A stretch of 64,000 nt of DNA from Waterburya sp. (GCA_965217895.1 CBDCJV010000002.1:4192001-4256000), one strand, 5' to 3'; numbered from the stretch's first letter, positions 21,285 through 32,162 are shown. The notes: generated by a model from the sequence alone, not told the origin. A program made the numbers and translations.

Positions 21285-22892
21285 CTATAGTTCAAAATTA
21301 GGCATCAATTGTAAAACTCCCATACCCAATTCTGAACCTTTAATGGACTTCAATTCAAATAAAGCCAATATATCTTTTGCTTGAGGATTACCACGATTGA
21401 TTCCCGTTACTCCCATGGCAATTACTAAACTACAGTATCCTTTTGTTTGTTGGCAGCGTTGATGCCATTTTTCTAGAGCCTTAACCTGCTGCACTACATC
21501 ATGAGAATATTCGGCAAATATAAATAGCTCATCACTTCCTGTTTGTAACATACCCAAATCATAAATTTCTCCGCTAAAAGGATCGTTACCAGGATTGAAG
21601 CAAACTGCTTTCAAGCCTCCAGCAGCGTGAATTTTGGTAATTAGTTCTTTGGCTTTAGGACGGGTAGTTTGAATAAAAATTGTTGGCAATGCTTTACCTT
21701 TAGAGACAACTCCCAAAGATTGATAGTAAGTTTTTGACTGATGTTTTGCTTGTTCAATTAGCTCCCCAGAAATACTAGCAAGGCTAATCAAAGCACCATC
21801 AGGGATTAAATCTTCTTGGATCGGAATATCTATTTCTTGGGTTGGGTTGCGATCGCTCGTACCCAAATTTAATAATTCCTCTGTCAGTTCTGGTAAGGTA
21901 GAAACTGTAGTCGAGATGGTTTTCTTATCATTGGCAAATTTTGGTAAAGATATACGATAGGATTTCGCGATCGCCTTAATTGGTTCTGCTTCCAAGGCTT
22001 GACGATTGTTTTTACAAAAACGCAACAAAGATTCTAGAGCAATATAAACTATTTTTGCTTCTTCCTCATCCAAAAAAGGACGCATTCCTTCAAAAGGATG
22101 GAGGCTACCAAAAAAAGGTTCAATTTGAACGATATCTAATAAGTCTTCTTCGTCTTCTAACTCTACTTCTTCGTAATTGAGAAACCAGCAGTCTTGAGCC
22201 AAGAAAGCTCGTTCTAATTCAGCTGCTGACTTGTTTTCTCCTAAAGCAGCAGAGCGAAAATTTTTCAGAGAATCTAAAGAGCGATATAGCAGTACTCCGT
22301 ATTCTGCTGACATCATGCCCATAATGCACAGATATACCCGCTCAATTTCACAATCTTTAAGTTCAATCTGCACAATATCGCTATCGGCTAGTAACTCCCA
22401 AGGAGAATTTTGCCAAATTTTGTCAGCTACCGCTTCGATTGGCTCTGCGTATAGTTTTGGCAAGGTAGATAGTTGACTATCATCCATCTCTGAAAATCCC
22501 TCAAACAGCCGATCGATTAAGGGAAGCTGAGGAGAATACTGAATATCTATATCTAAATCCTGTAATACACCCCGCAAGAAAAACTGAATTTCGCGATCGC
22601 GCACGATAATTTTTTGGGGACGATTAGGTTGTCCAGGATGATGAGGAGATTCAATGGCTCGTAATAAGGTTCTGGCGATCGCCTCAATACCTGTATCTTC
22701 AGAAACAACATCCATGGCTCTAACTGCTCCTTCAGAGCCATCTACCCAAATTACGCACTCTTCATCGGCATTTTGGTCATTGTCTAAATGAAATGCCATA
22801 TTTCCTAATGGACGACGATCGCCTTCCCAAACGCCTGGAACTTGGGCAATTTTTATTAGTCTACTTCTAGTTGTGGGAGGGAGAGTCGTCAT
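21285..22892 (-). CDS. Conserved cyanobacterial hypothetical protein (DUF6930-like)
   Basis: 535 aa; WEGDRR, WVDG, RPQKIIVRDREIQFFLRG blocks recognised as a conserved cyanobacterial family; family name from memory. Confidence 0.65.
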   Translation of the reverse strand: MTTLPPTTRSRLIKIAQVPGVWEGDRRPLGNMAFHLDNDQNADEECVIWVDGSEGAVRAMDVVSEDTGIEAIARTLLRAIESPHHPGQPNRPQKIIVRDREIQFFLRGVLQDLDIDIQYSPQLPLIDRLFEGFSEMDDSQLSTLPKLYAEPIEAVADKIWQNSPWELLADSDIVQIELKDCEIERVYLCIMGMMSAEYGVLLYRSLDSLKNFRSAALGENKSAAELERAFLAQDCWFLNYEEVELEDEEDLLDIVQIEPFFGSLHPFEGMRPFLDEEEAKIVYIALESLLRFCKNNRQALEAEPIKAIAKSYRISLPKFANDKKTISTTVSTLPELTEELLNLGTSDRNPTQEIDIPIQEDLIPDGALISLASISGELIEQAKHQSKTYYQSLGVVSKGKALPTIFIQTTRPKAKELITKIHAAGGLKAVCFNPGNDPFSGEIYDLGMLQTGSDELFIFAEYSHDVVQQVKALEKWHQRCQQTKGYCSLVIAMGVTGINRGNPQAKDILALFELKSIKGSELGMGVLQLMPNFEL

Positions 22893-22913
22893 AAATATTT
22901 TAAATTACCTTGC

Positions 22914-24542
22914 TTAATTAATAATACCTACTTTACTTTTCTGGGCAGCCTGCAATAATAAACCATACTCTATACCTTCGACTAGTGCCTGATAAGAAGC
23001 ATCAAGAATATTTACCGACACGCCGATAGTTGTCCACCGTTCTACTCCATTACTTGATTCTACTAGTACACGAGTTTTAGCTGCTGTGCCTGAGCTACCG
23101 TCCAAAATGCGCACTTTATAATCTGCTAAATAGCAGTCGGCAATCTGAGGATAAAACTTAACTAATGCTTTGCGTAAAGCACTATCTAAAGCAGCCACGG
23201 GTCCCTTTCCTTCTGCTACCTCTAATAATTTTTTACTATCTACTTCTACTTTTATGGTAGCTAAAGCTTTGCTAGCTAGGTTGTCTTCTAGATGAATATT
23301 GCAGTGAACCTGGAAACCCTTTAGCTGAAAAAGCTGTTTATGAGGATCGAGTATCGAACGCATCAATAATTCAAAACTAGCTTCAGCAGCTTCAAACTGA
23401 TATCCCTGGTTTTCTAAAGTTTTTAGCTTCTCTAAAATTTGACGGCAGGTAACGTCCTGTTTACTAAGGTTAATGCCAAACTTAGCAGCATAATGTAAAA
23501 TATTACTTAAGCCTGATTGATCGGAAATAACAATACGTCTTTGATTACCAATTAATTCGGGTTGAATATGTTCGTAAGTTAAAGGATTTTTCTCAACGGC
23601 TGACACATGAACTCCCGCCTTGTGGGCAAATGCCGATCGCCCGACAAACGGCGCACAATCATCAGGCGCAAGATTGACTATCTCGCTAATATAACGACTG
23701 TTAGGACTTAGCTGTCCTAGCTGCCGATCGCCTAAGCACTGATAGCCTAGCTTTAGCTGTAGATTAGGAATCAAAGTGCAAAGGTTAGCATTTCCGCATC
23801 TTTCTCCATAACCGTTGATAGTTCCTTGTACCATCGTTGCCCCCGCCCTAACAGCAGCGATCGCATTGGCTACTGCCGTTCCTGAGTCATTGTGGGTATG
23901 AATACCAAGCTGCACTACTTCAGTGTTCTTTAGTTCGGGAATTGCGTTTATTACCTCAGTTACAGTTTGGCTGATTTCATGGGGTAAAGTGCCGCCGTTG
24001 GTATCGCACAAAACTAACCATTTTGCCCCTGCTTCCAAGGCTGTTCTCAGAGTTTTAAGAGCATACCGTTGGTTATGCTTATAGCCATCAAACCAGTGTT
24101 CAGCGTCGTAGATTACTTTTCTACCTTGGCTACGAAGATACTCAATTGTATCACCGATCATAGCTAGATTTTCTTCAAGGCTAGTTTTCAAAGTTTCTTG
24201 AACATGAAGATCCCATGACTTACCAAAAATAGTCACCCAAGAAGTTCCCGCAGCTAAAATCGCCTGAAGCATCTTATCTTCTGCTGCATCCAAATTAGGA
24301 CGACGAGTAGAACAAAAAGCCACTATCTCCGAGTTTTTTAGTGGTTTTTCTTTTAATCGCCAAAAAAACTGCACATCTTTAGGATTTGCTCCTGGCCATC
24401 CTCCTTCAATAAAGGGAACTCCCATCCGATCGAGCCTGTGGGCAATTTTGAGCTTATCATCTAAGGACAGAGAAATTCCCTCTCCTTGAGAACCGTCTCT
24501 TAAGGTGGTGTCGTAAATCCAAATTGGTGATTTTTGATTCAT
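22914..24542 (-). CDS. cimA: Citramalate synthase (LeuA-like)
   Basis: YDTTLRDG, GGWPGANPKD, FGKSWDLHV, YDAEHWFDG, GYGERCGNAN. Confidence 0.92.
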   Translation of the reverse strand: MNQKSPIWIYDTTLRDGSQGEGISLSLDDKLKIAHRLDRMGVPFIEGGWPGANPKDVQFFWRLKEKPLKNSEIVAFCSTRRPNLDAAEDKMLQAILAAGTSWVTIFGKSWDLHVQETLKTSLEENLAMIGDTIEYLRSQGRKVIYDAEHWFDGYKHNQRYALKTLRTALEAGAKWLVLCDTNGGTLPHEISQTVTEVINAIPELKNTEVVQLGIHTHNDSGTAVANAIAAVRAGATMVQGTINGYGERCGNANLCTLIPNLQLKLGYQCLGDRQLGQLSPNSRYISEIVNLAPDDCAPFVGRSAFAHKAGVHVSAVEKNPLTYEHIQPELIGNQRRIVISDQSGLSNILHYAAKFGINLSKQDVTCRQILEKLKTLENQGYQFEAAEASFELLMRSILDPHKQLFQLKGFQVHCNIHLEDNLASKALATIKVEVDSKKLLEVAEGKGPVAALDSALRKALVKFYPQIADCYLADYKVRILDGSSGTAAKTRVLVESSNGVERWTTIGVSVNILDASYQALVEGIEYGLLLQAAQKSKVGIIN

Positions 24543-24656
24543 GAAATCAATTGTTACTCTAATTAGAGTTAAGAAATGTTAAATTACTCTTGGATGCCAA
24601 TGGCTCAATGGCTGACTTCCTCTCTTAACTGCTCTTACCGTCCTAACTGTTGATAA

Positions 24657-25193
24657 ATGAACATTTTTAAAATTTCTCCTGTTATTCGGATTACTCTTTC
24701 ATGTCTTTATATCGCTTTGACAGTTCCCTTGCCTTTTTTAGCAGACTTTACTAATGCTCCTATTCCCACAAATGTCCTGTGGATTGGTATTATTATAGGT
24801 GCGATCGCTGTCCATGCTGCTCTTAGTGAAAGGGTAATTTTAGATGATGAGCAAATTAAAGTTGCTTATCCTCAGTGGGTACCTGGGTTTTTTCGTCAGG
24901 GTTGGTCATTGACCTGGCAGGAAATCGACAATTTAAAAATGCGGACTACAGGACAAGGGGGATTAGTTTATTATTTCACCACTTGTTCAGCAGAAGAAGC
25001 CTATCTTCTGCCGATGCGAATTGCTGGATTTAATAAAATGGTTAATTTAGTTGCTAAGAAAACAGGTATTGACACCGCCGATGTTCGTCCTCTAGCTCAA
25101 CCCTGGATGTACCTGATTTTGTTCGTCTGTACTATGTTTTTATGGCTCATTGATGGTTGGACAATCTGGACTGCAACTCATTTTACCGTGTAG
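24657..25193 (+). CDS. Conserved hypothetical membrane protein
   Basis: 178 aa, three hydrophobic segments, RTTGQGGLVYYF and LLPMRIAGF motifs. Confidence 0.7.
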   Translation: MNIFKISPVIRITLSCLYIALTVPLPFLADFTNAPIPTNVLWIGIIIGAIAVHAALSERVILDDEQIKVAYPQWVPGFFRQGWSLTWQEIDNLKMRTTGQGGLVYYFTTCSAEEAYLLPMRIAGFNKMVNLVAKKTGIDTADVRPLAQPWMYLILFVCTMFLWLIDGWTIWTATHFTV

Positions 25194-25276
25194 TATGGCA
25201 GCGATCGCTATTTAATTAGTGATTAGCGATCGCTTTGTAGGAGCAGTGTTGTTAACTAATCTACCTTATTACTTAA

Positions 25277-27364
25277 TTAGTTCCAGTTACCAATCAATGT
25301 AAAAGACGACCAAAAGTAAGGATGAGCAAGTGACAACTTTCCATTAGGAAACTCTTTTGGTAGAGCCAATTTTTCGCCATTAGATAAATCAACTTCCCTA
25401 TCATCAATGTTGACCTTACCATACAACATCTCTAATTGAGTTTGACGTAAAGCTTCGGCTTTAAGCAAAGTAGTATCCAATTGATTATAAAATTCGCCCA
25501 TCAGAGCCAGTGTTCCCAAGTCGCTGACATACCAAAGGCTTGCTAATGCCGATTTCACCCCTGCTTGTACTGCCAACCCTGCGAAACCTAGTTCTGATTC
25601 TTTGTCTCCTATAGCAGTGTCACAAGCACTTAAAACCAGCAATTCAATTGGCGTGTTAGCAGTACTCCAACCAAGCTTATCTGATATCTCCCGTAGTTGG
25701 GGAATTCTCAGTTTATCATCGTAAAACTGAATATAAGAATCATTTAAATCCCCTGCTTTAAACTCTGCATGGGTGCCAAGATGAATAATTTGAAAAGAAT
25801 TTTTACGGCTATTTTGAGCTATAAAGTTGGGAATAGTAAACTGCTTATTCAGAAATGCCTCTCCTTGACGAGGATCGCTGACAATAGTTTCTAATTCTAT
25901 ACCCATAGTTGGTAATGATGGTTGGTCGGTAAATTCTGAAGCTCCCATAGCCAAAATAGAGCTTTTTGCAGGATTTACGTAGCGAGTATCTGTTAAACCA
26001 AAGCTAGGAACTATTGCTGTAGCATATTTTTCGACTAAAAATTGCTTACCATCATAGAGTGCTGCTAGAGGCAACAAACGTAATCCCGAATCCATTGAGA
26101 AAACTAAAATGTCAATATTATTAGCTTGCAATTCCGCTTCAATAGGCTTAATTAAAACGTTATAGAGTTCTTCTGATGATTTTATGTAACTAGTGTCTTG
26201 TAAATTTCTAGCGTTACTAACCTCTTCACGGAATTGAGTTGCAGTCGCGATTACATCTTTTCTAGAGGTGTTCTTGATAGTTTTACGCACAGTTAAGGCT
26301 TTAGGTTCAGGGGAATCTATGGTCTTAAGATTAGTTGAAGCAACGGTCGAACCATGAGCAGCAGCGGATTTAGTATCATCAGGCAGCACGACAAATGATT
26401 CAAGCTGATTCTTTTGCAAAGATATATTAATAAATGCAGCCTTTTTGCCAGTTTGCTGTTCTAACTCAGCCAATCTGCGAGAAATATCTTTAACAGAAGG
26501 TACGCTTCCGTATATTTGTAATCCTGAAGAACTAATTAATTGATTTAATTGAAACTCCTCCTGCATTTGGATTGCCAAATCAGCAGGAGCATTTTGGAAT
26601 TGTGTCTCATAAGCAACACGATCTAATTGCCCTGTATTTACATTTTCCTCAGCGGCTTTTTTTTCTTCTTCAACAGCTTTTTCTTCCTCAGCGGTTTTTT
26701 CCTCTTCCTGAGTGGGTTTTTCTTCCGCTTGTGCTTGAGCCGGTTTCTCCTCTGCCTGAGCGGGTTTCTCTGTCGCTTGCGCTTGAGCGGGTTTTTCCGT
26801 TGCTGGAGTACTAGTTGTGGCTGGCGATTTGTTCGTATCTAATGAGCTTGTATTTGATGAACCTTCAACAGTCTTAGGTGTTTCCTGAACTGCCTGATTT
26901 GAATTTTGGTCAGTACTCCCTGGAGAGGTGTTAAAGCTATCAGCAGTGTTGCTATCTGTAGAAGTCGTTCCGTCAGTAGTGTTGCTATCTGTAGAAGTCG
27001 TTCCATCAGTAGTGTTGCTATCGGTAGGAGTTGCTCCATCGGCAGTGTTGCTATCTGTAGAAGTCGTTCCATCAGTAGTGTTGCTATCGGTAGGAGTTGC
27101 TCCATCGGCAGTGTTGCTATCGGTAGGAGTTGCTCCATCAGTAGTGTTGCTATCGGTAGAAGTCGTTCCATCAGTAGTGTTGCTATCGGTAGAAGTCGTT
27201 CCATCAGCAGTGTTGCTATCGGTAGGAGTCCCATTAATAATTTCATTGGGATTTGGCAATGTAATATCCGACATATTCCCTGTTTGAGAACGAACTGAAT
27301 CAGTAGCTAACAATGACCAGGTTAAAACTAAAAATATTTTGACTGATAGTTGAAATAATTTCAT
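25277..27364 (-). CDS. Secreted CHAT (caspase-like) domain protein with low-complexity stalk
   Basis: Sec-like signal peptide; T/D/S repeats; CHAT motifs LRLLPLAAL, IIHLGTHAEF (His), LVLSACDTA (Cys), ASLWYVSD, HPYFWSSFTLIGNW. Confidence 0.9.
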   Translation of the reverse strand: MKLFQLSVKIFLVLTWSLLATDSVRSQTGNMSDITLPNPNEIINGTPTDSNTADGTTSTDSNTTDGTTSTDSNTTDGATPTDSNTADGATPTDSNTTDGTTSTDSNTADGATPTDSNTTDGTTSTDSNTTDGTTSTDSNTADSFNTSPGSTDQNSNQAVQETPKTVEGSSNTSSLDTNKSPATTSTPATEKPAQAQATEKPAQAEEKPAQAQAEEKPTQEEEKTAEEEKAVEEEKKAAEENVNTGQLDRVAYETQFQNAPADLAIQMQEEFQLNQLISSSGLQIYGSVPSVKDISRRLAELEQQTGKKAAFINISLQKNQLESFVVLPDDTKSAAAHGSTVASTNLKTIDSPEPKALTVRKTIKNTSRKDVIATATQFREEVSNARNLQDTSYIKSSEELYNVLIKPIEAELQANNIDILVFSMDSGLRLLPLAALYDGKQFLVEKYATAIVPSFGLTDTRYVNPAKSSILAMGASEFTDQPSLPTMGIELETIVSDPRQGEAFLNKQFTIPNFIAQNSRKNSFQIIHLGTHAEFKAGDLNDSYIQFYDDKLRIPQLREISDKLGWSTANTPIELLVLSACDTAIGDKESELGFAGLAVQAGVKSALASLWYVSDLGTLALMGEFYNQLDTTLLKAEALRQTQLEMLYGKVNIDDREVDLSNGEKLALPKEFPNGKLSLAHPYFWSSFTLIGNWN
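26938..27230 (-). repeat. 33-bp (11-aa) coding tandem repeat, about 9 copies
   Basis: TDSNT(A/T)DG(TTS/ATP) repeated 9 times in the CHAT protein. Confidence 0.95.
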
Positions 27365-27394
27365 GTTGATATTTTCCTAAAAGGTAAAATGATT

Positions 27395-28414
27395 TTAAAA
27401 AGAAAAAGTATAGCCAAAACCAAAGATAAATCTTGTGCCATCTCCTGCTGTACCAGTAATATCTGTTAAAGCAGGTACTATTACAAGAGGTAACTTTCTA
27501 AACAAAACAATGGGAGTACCAATGGTTAAATCTTGACCGCTCCACTCAGCCACAAATCCCACAGGATCTAAAATTTTGACCGCTAAACTGCCAAAGATAC
27601 CTAGTGTTTCATTGCCGTTATTAATATCAGACTCAGAACGAAATTGCCCACCTCCTACTCCAACAGTTGTATATATTTCACTAAAAGCTTTGCTTCTATC
27701 TTCACGCAATTTAAATCTTTTCGTAACAACTCCATAAACTGAAGAACCTCCATCAGTATTACCCCATGTTGCTAAACCTTGTACTCCAATAGCTACAGCA
27801 AAACCCTCGGGCAAACGACGATGTAATTTAAGACTGATTGCTCCGTCGCTGAATGGTGAACTTACGTCAACTAAACTAATTCCAATCTGCGCGCCAATGT
27901 TTTTTAAGGGGTTTCCTAAACCGAAACCTAAACCGATTACTCCGTCTGCTTGATTTTGGAAGCGAACACGATCTTGGAAACCAAAACCTATCCCCGCACT
28001 TCTCCAGGAAGCACCATAGGCAGATGGATTGACAATTGTAATACTTGGAGAGGCTCGATAAGGCTGCTGGGTAAATGGTATTTGCAGTGGTATTCTTCTT
28101 GGTTCAAATCTTTCTCCCCCTGTGGGTTGACGGCGTAATGATGGAATTCCGCTATCGACAGGAGAAGATTCTGAAGATTCGGCAGCTACAGTACTATTAA
28201 TATTTAGATTGTTAAAAGAGGTAAAGTTGAATTTTAATTCTGACTTTGTGGATTTAATCGTATTTTCTGATAAATTGCTTGCTGATGATTTAGAAGGTAT
28301 ATTGTCAGGAACTTCAGCCTTAATCTCACTGCCCATTGATAAAAACAAAGTGTTCATTAAAGAGAACTTGGCAATTTGCACGAGGGACTTATTGAACTTA
28401 TTGATAAATGACAT
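27395..28414 (-). CDS. Putative outer-membrane beta-barrel protein
   Basis: N-terminal signal-like segment, alternating amphipathic strands, ends FIFGFGYTFSF (terminal Phe beta-signal). Confidence 0.6.
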   Translation of the reverse strand: MSFINKFNKSLVQIAKFSLMNTLFLSMGSEIKAEVPDNIPSKSSASNLSENTIKSTKSELKFNFTSFNNLNINSTVAAESSESSPVDSGIPSLRRQPTGGERFEPRRIPLQIPFTQQPYRASPSITIVNPSAYGASWRSAGIGFGFQDRVRFQNQADGVIGLGFGLGNPLKNIGAQIGISLVDVSSPFSDGAISLKLHRRLPEGFAVAIGVQGLATWGNTDGGSSVYGVVTKRFKLREDRSKAFSEIYTTVGVGGGQFRSESDINNGNETLGIFGSLAVKILDPVGFVAEWSGQDLTIGTPIVLFRKLPLVIVPALTDITGTAGDGTRFIFGFGYTFSF

Positions 28415-28845
28415 TTACGTGAGTAATTGTTTAAACATTTCTATATACAACATTACGTATGAACATTAGGGCGTTATGCTATATTTCTTCTATCAAGCTA
28501 CTTTTTGTTGCACGAATTTTGTCATATTACAATAGCTGTTTTACTCATTGGCTTAGTAGCTATTGTTTATCTAGGTATAATTATCGGTAGCAAGCCTTAA
28601 ATAAACTAGGGAAGATTAAAGAAAACAATAGCTATAGTTTTAGATCATCTAGCATTAAGATAAACCGCGTCCACTTTAAAATCCATAGTTTTTTAGATAA
28701 AGGACTTGTCTGCATAGACTGTTTTAGGGATAAAGGAAAAAAATAAATCACCTTAAACTCCAGTTTTCTATCTAGACGCGGTTTAGAAGCATAAGTAGTG
28801 ACTTTTTGTATACTTTTCAAATCCAGATAAGCTTTAAACTATATG

Positions 28846-28880
28846 CCTAATGTCAACTAATAATGTTGATTGACATTAGG
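28846..28880. terminator. Inverted repeat (terminator or operator) downstream of the COP23 gene
   Basis: CCTAATGTCAA...TTGACATTAGG 11-bp perfect arms. Confidence 0.45.
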
Positions 28881-28892
28881 AACTTTTTGCAC

Positions 28893-28991
28893 ATAGCAAT
28901 CCTAAATAAATCGTGATCAATCGTGAAATTTTTGTTCCCTATTCCCGACATCGAGATTTAACTGTTCACAAATGAAATAAGATTGCCATAT
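28893..28991. repeat. MITE-like element
   Basis: ATAGCAATCCTAAAT..CGTGA / TCACAAATGAAATAAGATTGCCATAT imperfect terminal inverted repeats. Confidence 0.5.
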
Positions 28992-29004
28992 ACTATCAGG
29001 CAGC

Positions 29005-29526
29005 TTACCACCAAGGCCACCATGTGGGTTGATATGGTTTATCGTCAAAACTATATATATTACCTCTACTTTTTAATGCCTTACACTCTAAAGGCTTCAT
29101 ATTGTCCAAAACACAACCTGCATTGTAGCTGGGATTTACGCTGAATAATTTCTCGCTAGCTTTATCAGCGCAATTTTGGTCTTCTTCTGTAACTAAGCAA
29201 ACTAAATTTTTCTTTTGTAGACTTTCTGCCTTTAGATATTTAGCTGTTTTTTGCTGATATGTAGCCTGTAATTTACTGGCAGTTTGCTGACAAATTTCTT
29301 TACCCGACTGTTGTGGAAGCAGATATTCTGAGTGCCAACTCATGATTGGCTTGAGGTTCACTTGCCCTGGAGTGTAGGCATACATTGTTGGCGTACCTTC
29401 TTGAGTAGCGCAGACAAAAGCAGTATTAGAAGATTTTTTATTGGGATTTTCTTCTGCTTGAACGGGCAACGAACCGATCGCGATCGCGCAACCGATCAAG
29501 GCAGTATATAAGTGCTTTTTATTCAT
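29005..29526 (-). CDS. COP23-domain secreted protein
   Basis: Signal peptide, FVC...PT...W...C...VC pattern of COP23. Confidence 0.7.
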   Translation of the reverse strand: MNKKHLYTALIGCAIAIGSLPVQAEENPNKKSSNTAFVCATQEGTPTMYAYTPGQVNLKPIMSWHSEYLLPQQSGKEICQQTASKLQATYQQKTAKYLKAESLQKKNLVCLVTEEDQNCADKASEKLFSVNPSYNAGCVLDNMKPLECKALKSRGNIYSFDDKPYQPTWWPWW

Positions 29527-29572
29527 TGATCGTGTCTTCTATTTGGTATATAGAGCTATGTTAAACATTTAC

Positions 29573-29712
29573 GGCGTTGCTGATTTTAGGTATGAAACCG
29601 TAAATAATACTGTTCGTAGCTATTAGCTATTAGCTATTAGCTTTTAATGTATTTTCATTTCCTAGATTATGAAAGTAATCAACTTACTGTCATATTCCGA
29701 TTCAGCTACGCC
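29573..29712. repeat. MITE-like element (GGCGTTGCTGA family)
   Basis: Ends GGCGTTGCTGATTTTAGGTATGA / TCATATTCCGATTCAGCTACGCC; internal (TAGCTAT)n heptamers; same ends at 39806-39913. Confidence 0.6.
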
Positions 29713-29821
29713 ACATTTACTAAGTGTAATTTACTATGTGAACTTGCTGACTTATTATTATTTCACTAAATATATTGTCACAAGCGTAAATTTTTGATAG
29801 GGATTGTTTACTCGTTACTCG

Positions 29822-31645
29822 TTATCCCTTATCCTCCAAAAGCCCAGGTCTAGGCATGGATACAGGTTGACGTTTATTTAGCTGACGTAGCCAGAAGCCA
29901 CCGATAACCGCCACAGTGAGAGATATCCAGCCTGTCAAAGATTGCAACAACAAAAATCCGCCGATCGCAAACATTGAGCCGAATAAAAGCAAGGTGGCAG
30001 CAATCACTCTAATTAAATCTTGGGTTAAATTTTGGGCAGGAGGAATACCTGTTCTCTCTCGCTGCCTTTTCCAACCAATACCTCCTGGCTGTACTCGGCG
30101 ATAGAATTTATCTAAAGTAGCATCGGATTCTGGAGGAGTAAGATACATCACGGTAATCCAGAGTATAGCAGTTACAACCGAGATAAACAGGAGGTTAGAA
30201 CCAAAATCAGCTAATATTTGTTCAAATATGGGAAAAAAATCGATAATTTGTTGAGGATAAATACTGGTAATCAGCCCAACAATAAACCCGCCTACCATAG
30301 CAGTCAATTCCGCAGCAGCATTAATGCGCCACCAAAACCAACGCAAGATCAACACCAACCCAGGGCCTGTACCGATCGCAATTACTAAACGAAAAACAGT
30401 GGTAATATCAGTAGAATTAAAAGCAGCGATCGCGCCAAAAACTGTCACTAAAATAGAGGCAATTCTACCGACCATCACTAATTCTGCTTGGCTAGCGTTA
30501 GGTTTGAGAAAACGTCGGTAAAGGTCGTTAGTTAAATAAGATGCACCCCAGTTAATAGAAGTAGAAACCGTACTCATAAAGGCTGCAATTAATGAAGTTA
30601 CCACCAAGCCCAGCATTACAGGAGGCAAAAAATCCAGCATCAATTTAGGATATGCCAGTTCTTTATCTTCTAAATCTGGATAGATAACCATTGCTACCAA
30701 AGCAACTATAATCCAAGGCCAAGTACGTATTCCATAGTGAAGAATATTAAACAGCCAAGAAGCTTTTTCGGCTTCGGCTTCAGTTTTTGCTGCTGCCAAA
30801 CGCTGGACAAATTCTCCGCCACCATCGCTGCGACGAAAAGACCACCACTGAAGAAATAAATAGGCAGAAAAAGTAGTAGCGGTAATTCCCGCAGCATCAT
30901 TCCACCCCATACTGCCATTGCTGAATTGAAAAGGGAAAAAAGCCAAAACATCTATCTTACTGGCTTGTTGAACTTGGGGAATAAGCTCATGAATACCTCC
31001 CACATGATTGACTGCTACAATTGCCACGGCGATCGCACCTAGTAAAGCCAGGAAAAATTGAAAGAAATCCGTAGTTACAACGCCCCACAGCCCAGAAAAT
31101 CCAGAATATACCAGAACTATAACGCTAACGCCGACTACGCTCCAAATTTTGATATTTTCTCCTGGATTGACTCCCAAACTCTGCCAAAGTTCTAAGGCAT
31201 CTACTACCTTAACCATCGCTAGCATGGCGTAACCAATACCAATACAGTTAATCGGCACAGCAAAGAGAAAAGCTTTCGTCCCCCGCAAAACAGCAGCCAT
31301 ATTTCCGCCATAGCGCACCTCTGTTAATTCGGCATCGGTCAGAATTTCCGAACGTCGCCACAGACGGGAAAAGATATAAATCATGATCACATGAGAAATA
31401 CCAAAACTCCACCATTCCCAATTTCCTGCAATACCGCGATCGCCTACCACACCACAAATATATAAAGGTGTATCAATAGAAAAAGTGGTTGCTGCCATAC
31501 TTGTTCCCGCTAACCACCACGGAAGCGATCGCCCTGAAACAAAAAAGTCTTCCATGCTTTGGGATGCCTTGCGAGAGAGAAAAACTCCTAAACCAATGGT
31601 GAGCAGAAAATATACAAGGACAATTAGCCAGTCAATCAATGTCAT
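29822..31645 (-). CDS. Sodium:solute symporter family protein
   Basis: FFVSGRSLPWWLAGTSMAATTFSIDTP, many TM helices, AAFMSTVST. Confidence 0.9.
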   Translation of the reverse strand: MTLIDWLIVLVYFLLTIGLGVFLSRKASQSMEDFFVSGRSLPWWLAGTSMAATTFSIDTPLYICGVVGDRGIAGNWEWWSFGISHVIMIYIFSRLWRRSEILTDAELTEVRYGGNMAAVLRGTKAFLFAVPINCIGIGYAMLAMVKVVDALELWQSLGVNPGENIKIWSVVGVSVIVLVYSGFSGLWGVVTTDFFQFFLALLGAIAVAIVAVNHVGGIHELIPQVQQASKIDVLAFFPFQFSNGSMGWNDAAGITATTFSAYLFLQWWSFRRSDGGGEFVQRLAAAKTEAEAEKASWLFNILHYGIRTWPWIIVALVAMVIYPDLEDKELAYPKLMLDFLPPVMLGLVVTSLIAAFMSTVSTSINWGASYLTNDLYRRFLKPNASQAELVMVGRIASILVTVFGAIAAFNSTDITTVFRLVIAIGTGPGLVLILRWFWWRINAAAELTAMVGGFIVGLITSIYPQQIIDFFPIFEQILADFGSNLLFISVVTAILWITVMYLTPPESDATLDKFYRRVQPGGIGWKRQRERTGIPPAQNLTQDLIRVIAATLLLFGSMFAIGGFLLLQSLTGWISLTVAVIGGFWLRQLNKRQPVSMPRPGLLEDKG

Positions 31646-31712
31646 GGATTCAGTGCCTGTTTAAAATGCCTCATTATAGTAGCTATTATTTTTAGGAAGT
31701 AAAAAGTAGGAA

Positions 31713-31740
31713 GTAGGGGCAATTCGCGAATCGCCCCTAC
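31713..31740. repeat. REP-like GTAG palindrome (within a MITE-like segment 31675-31791)
   Basis: GTAGGGGCAATTCGCGAATCGCCCCTAC. Confidence 0.7.
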
Positions 31741-32162
31741 AGAAGTAGTAATTTAAGCAAACGTCCTAACGTTCATAGGTAATGCGATATAAATGTGTGT
31801 ACTCTTGTGAGATAAATTTTTTTGCTTGTCAACGATCGCGATCGCACTTGTTCTGGGTACTCTAGGTAACACTTAAGGCAGGTATTTTATACCTTACGTT
31901 TAATGTGAATTGAAAAACTTTAACAACGTGGTTGGATACGCTGAAATAAATTTAGCATCTCCACGTTCAAAATGCTTTTATTGGTCGTTTTGCTTGGTTT
32001 AATTTTGTATTTACGTAGCTAAGTAAATCGTACTTTATGCGTAGATCGTAGTGGCTAAAAGCTAATAGCTAATAGCTAATAGCTGATAACCAGTGAATCT
32101 GAACGAAGTAATTCACATCAGGCGTACCTTTGTTGATATCTATTGGTAAGTGCTAACTTTAC

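Noticed and set aside
26572..27298. Extra ORFs over the 33-bp repeat, and a CRISPR interpretation
   Set aside because: Shadow frames of a coding tandem repeat; no unique spacers and no cas genes
29618..32085. (TAGCTAT/AGCTAAT)n heptamer tracts at about 29618 and 32060
   Set aside because: Common cyanobacterial short tandem repeats; not notable
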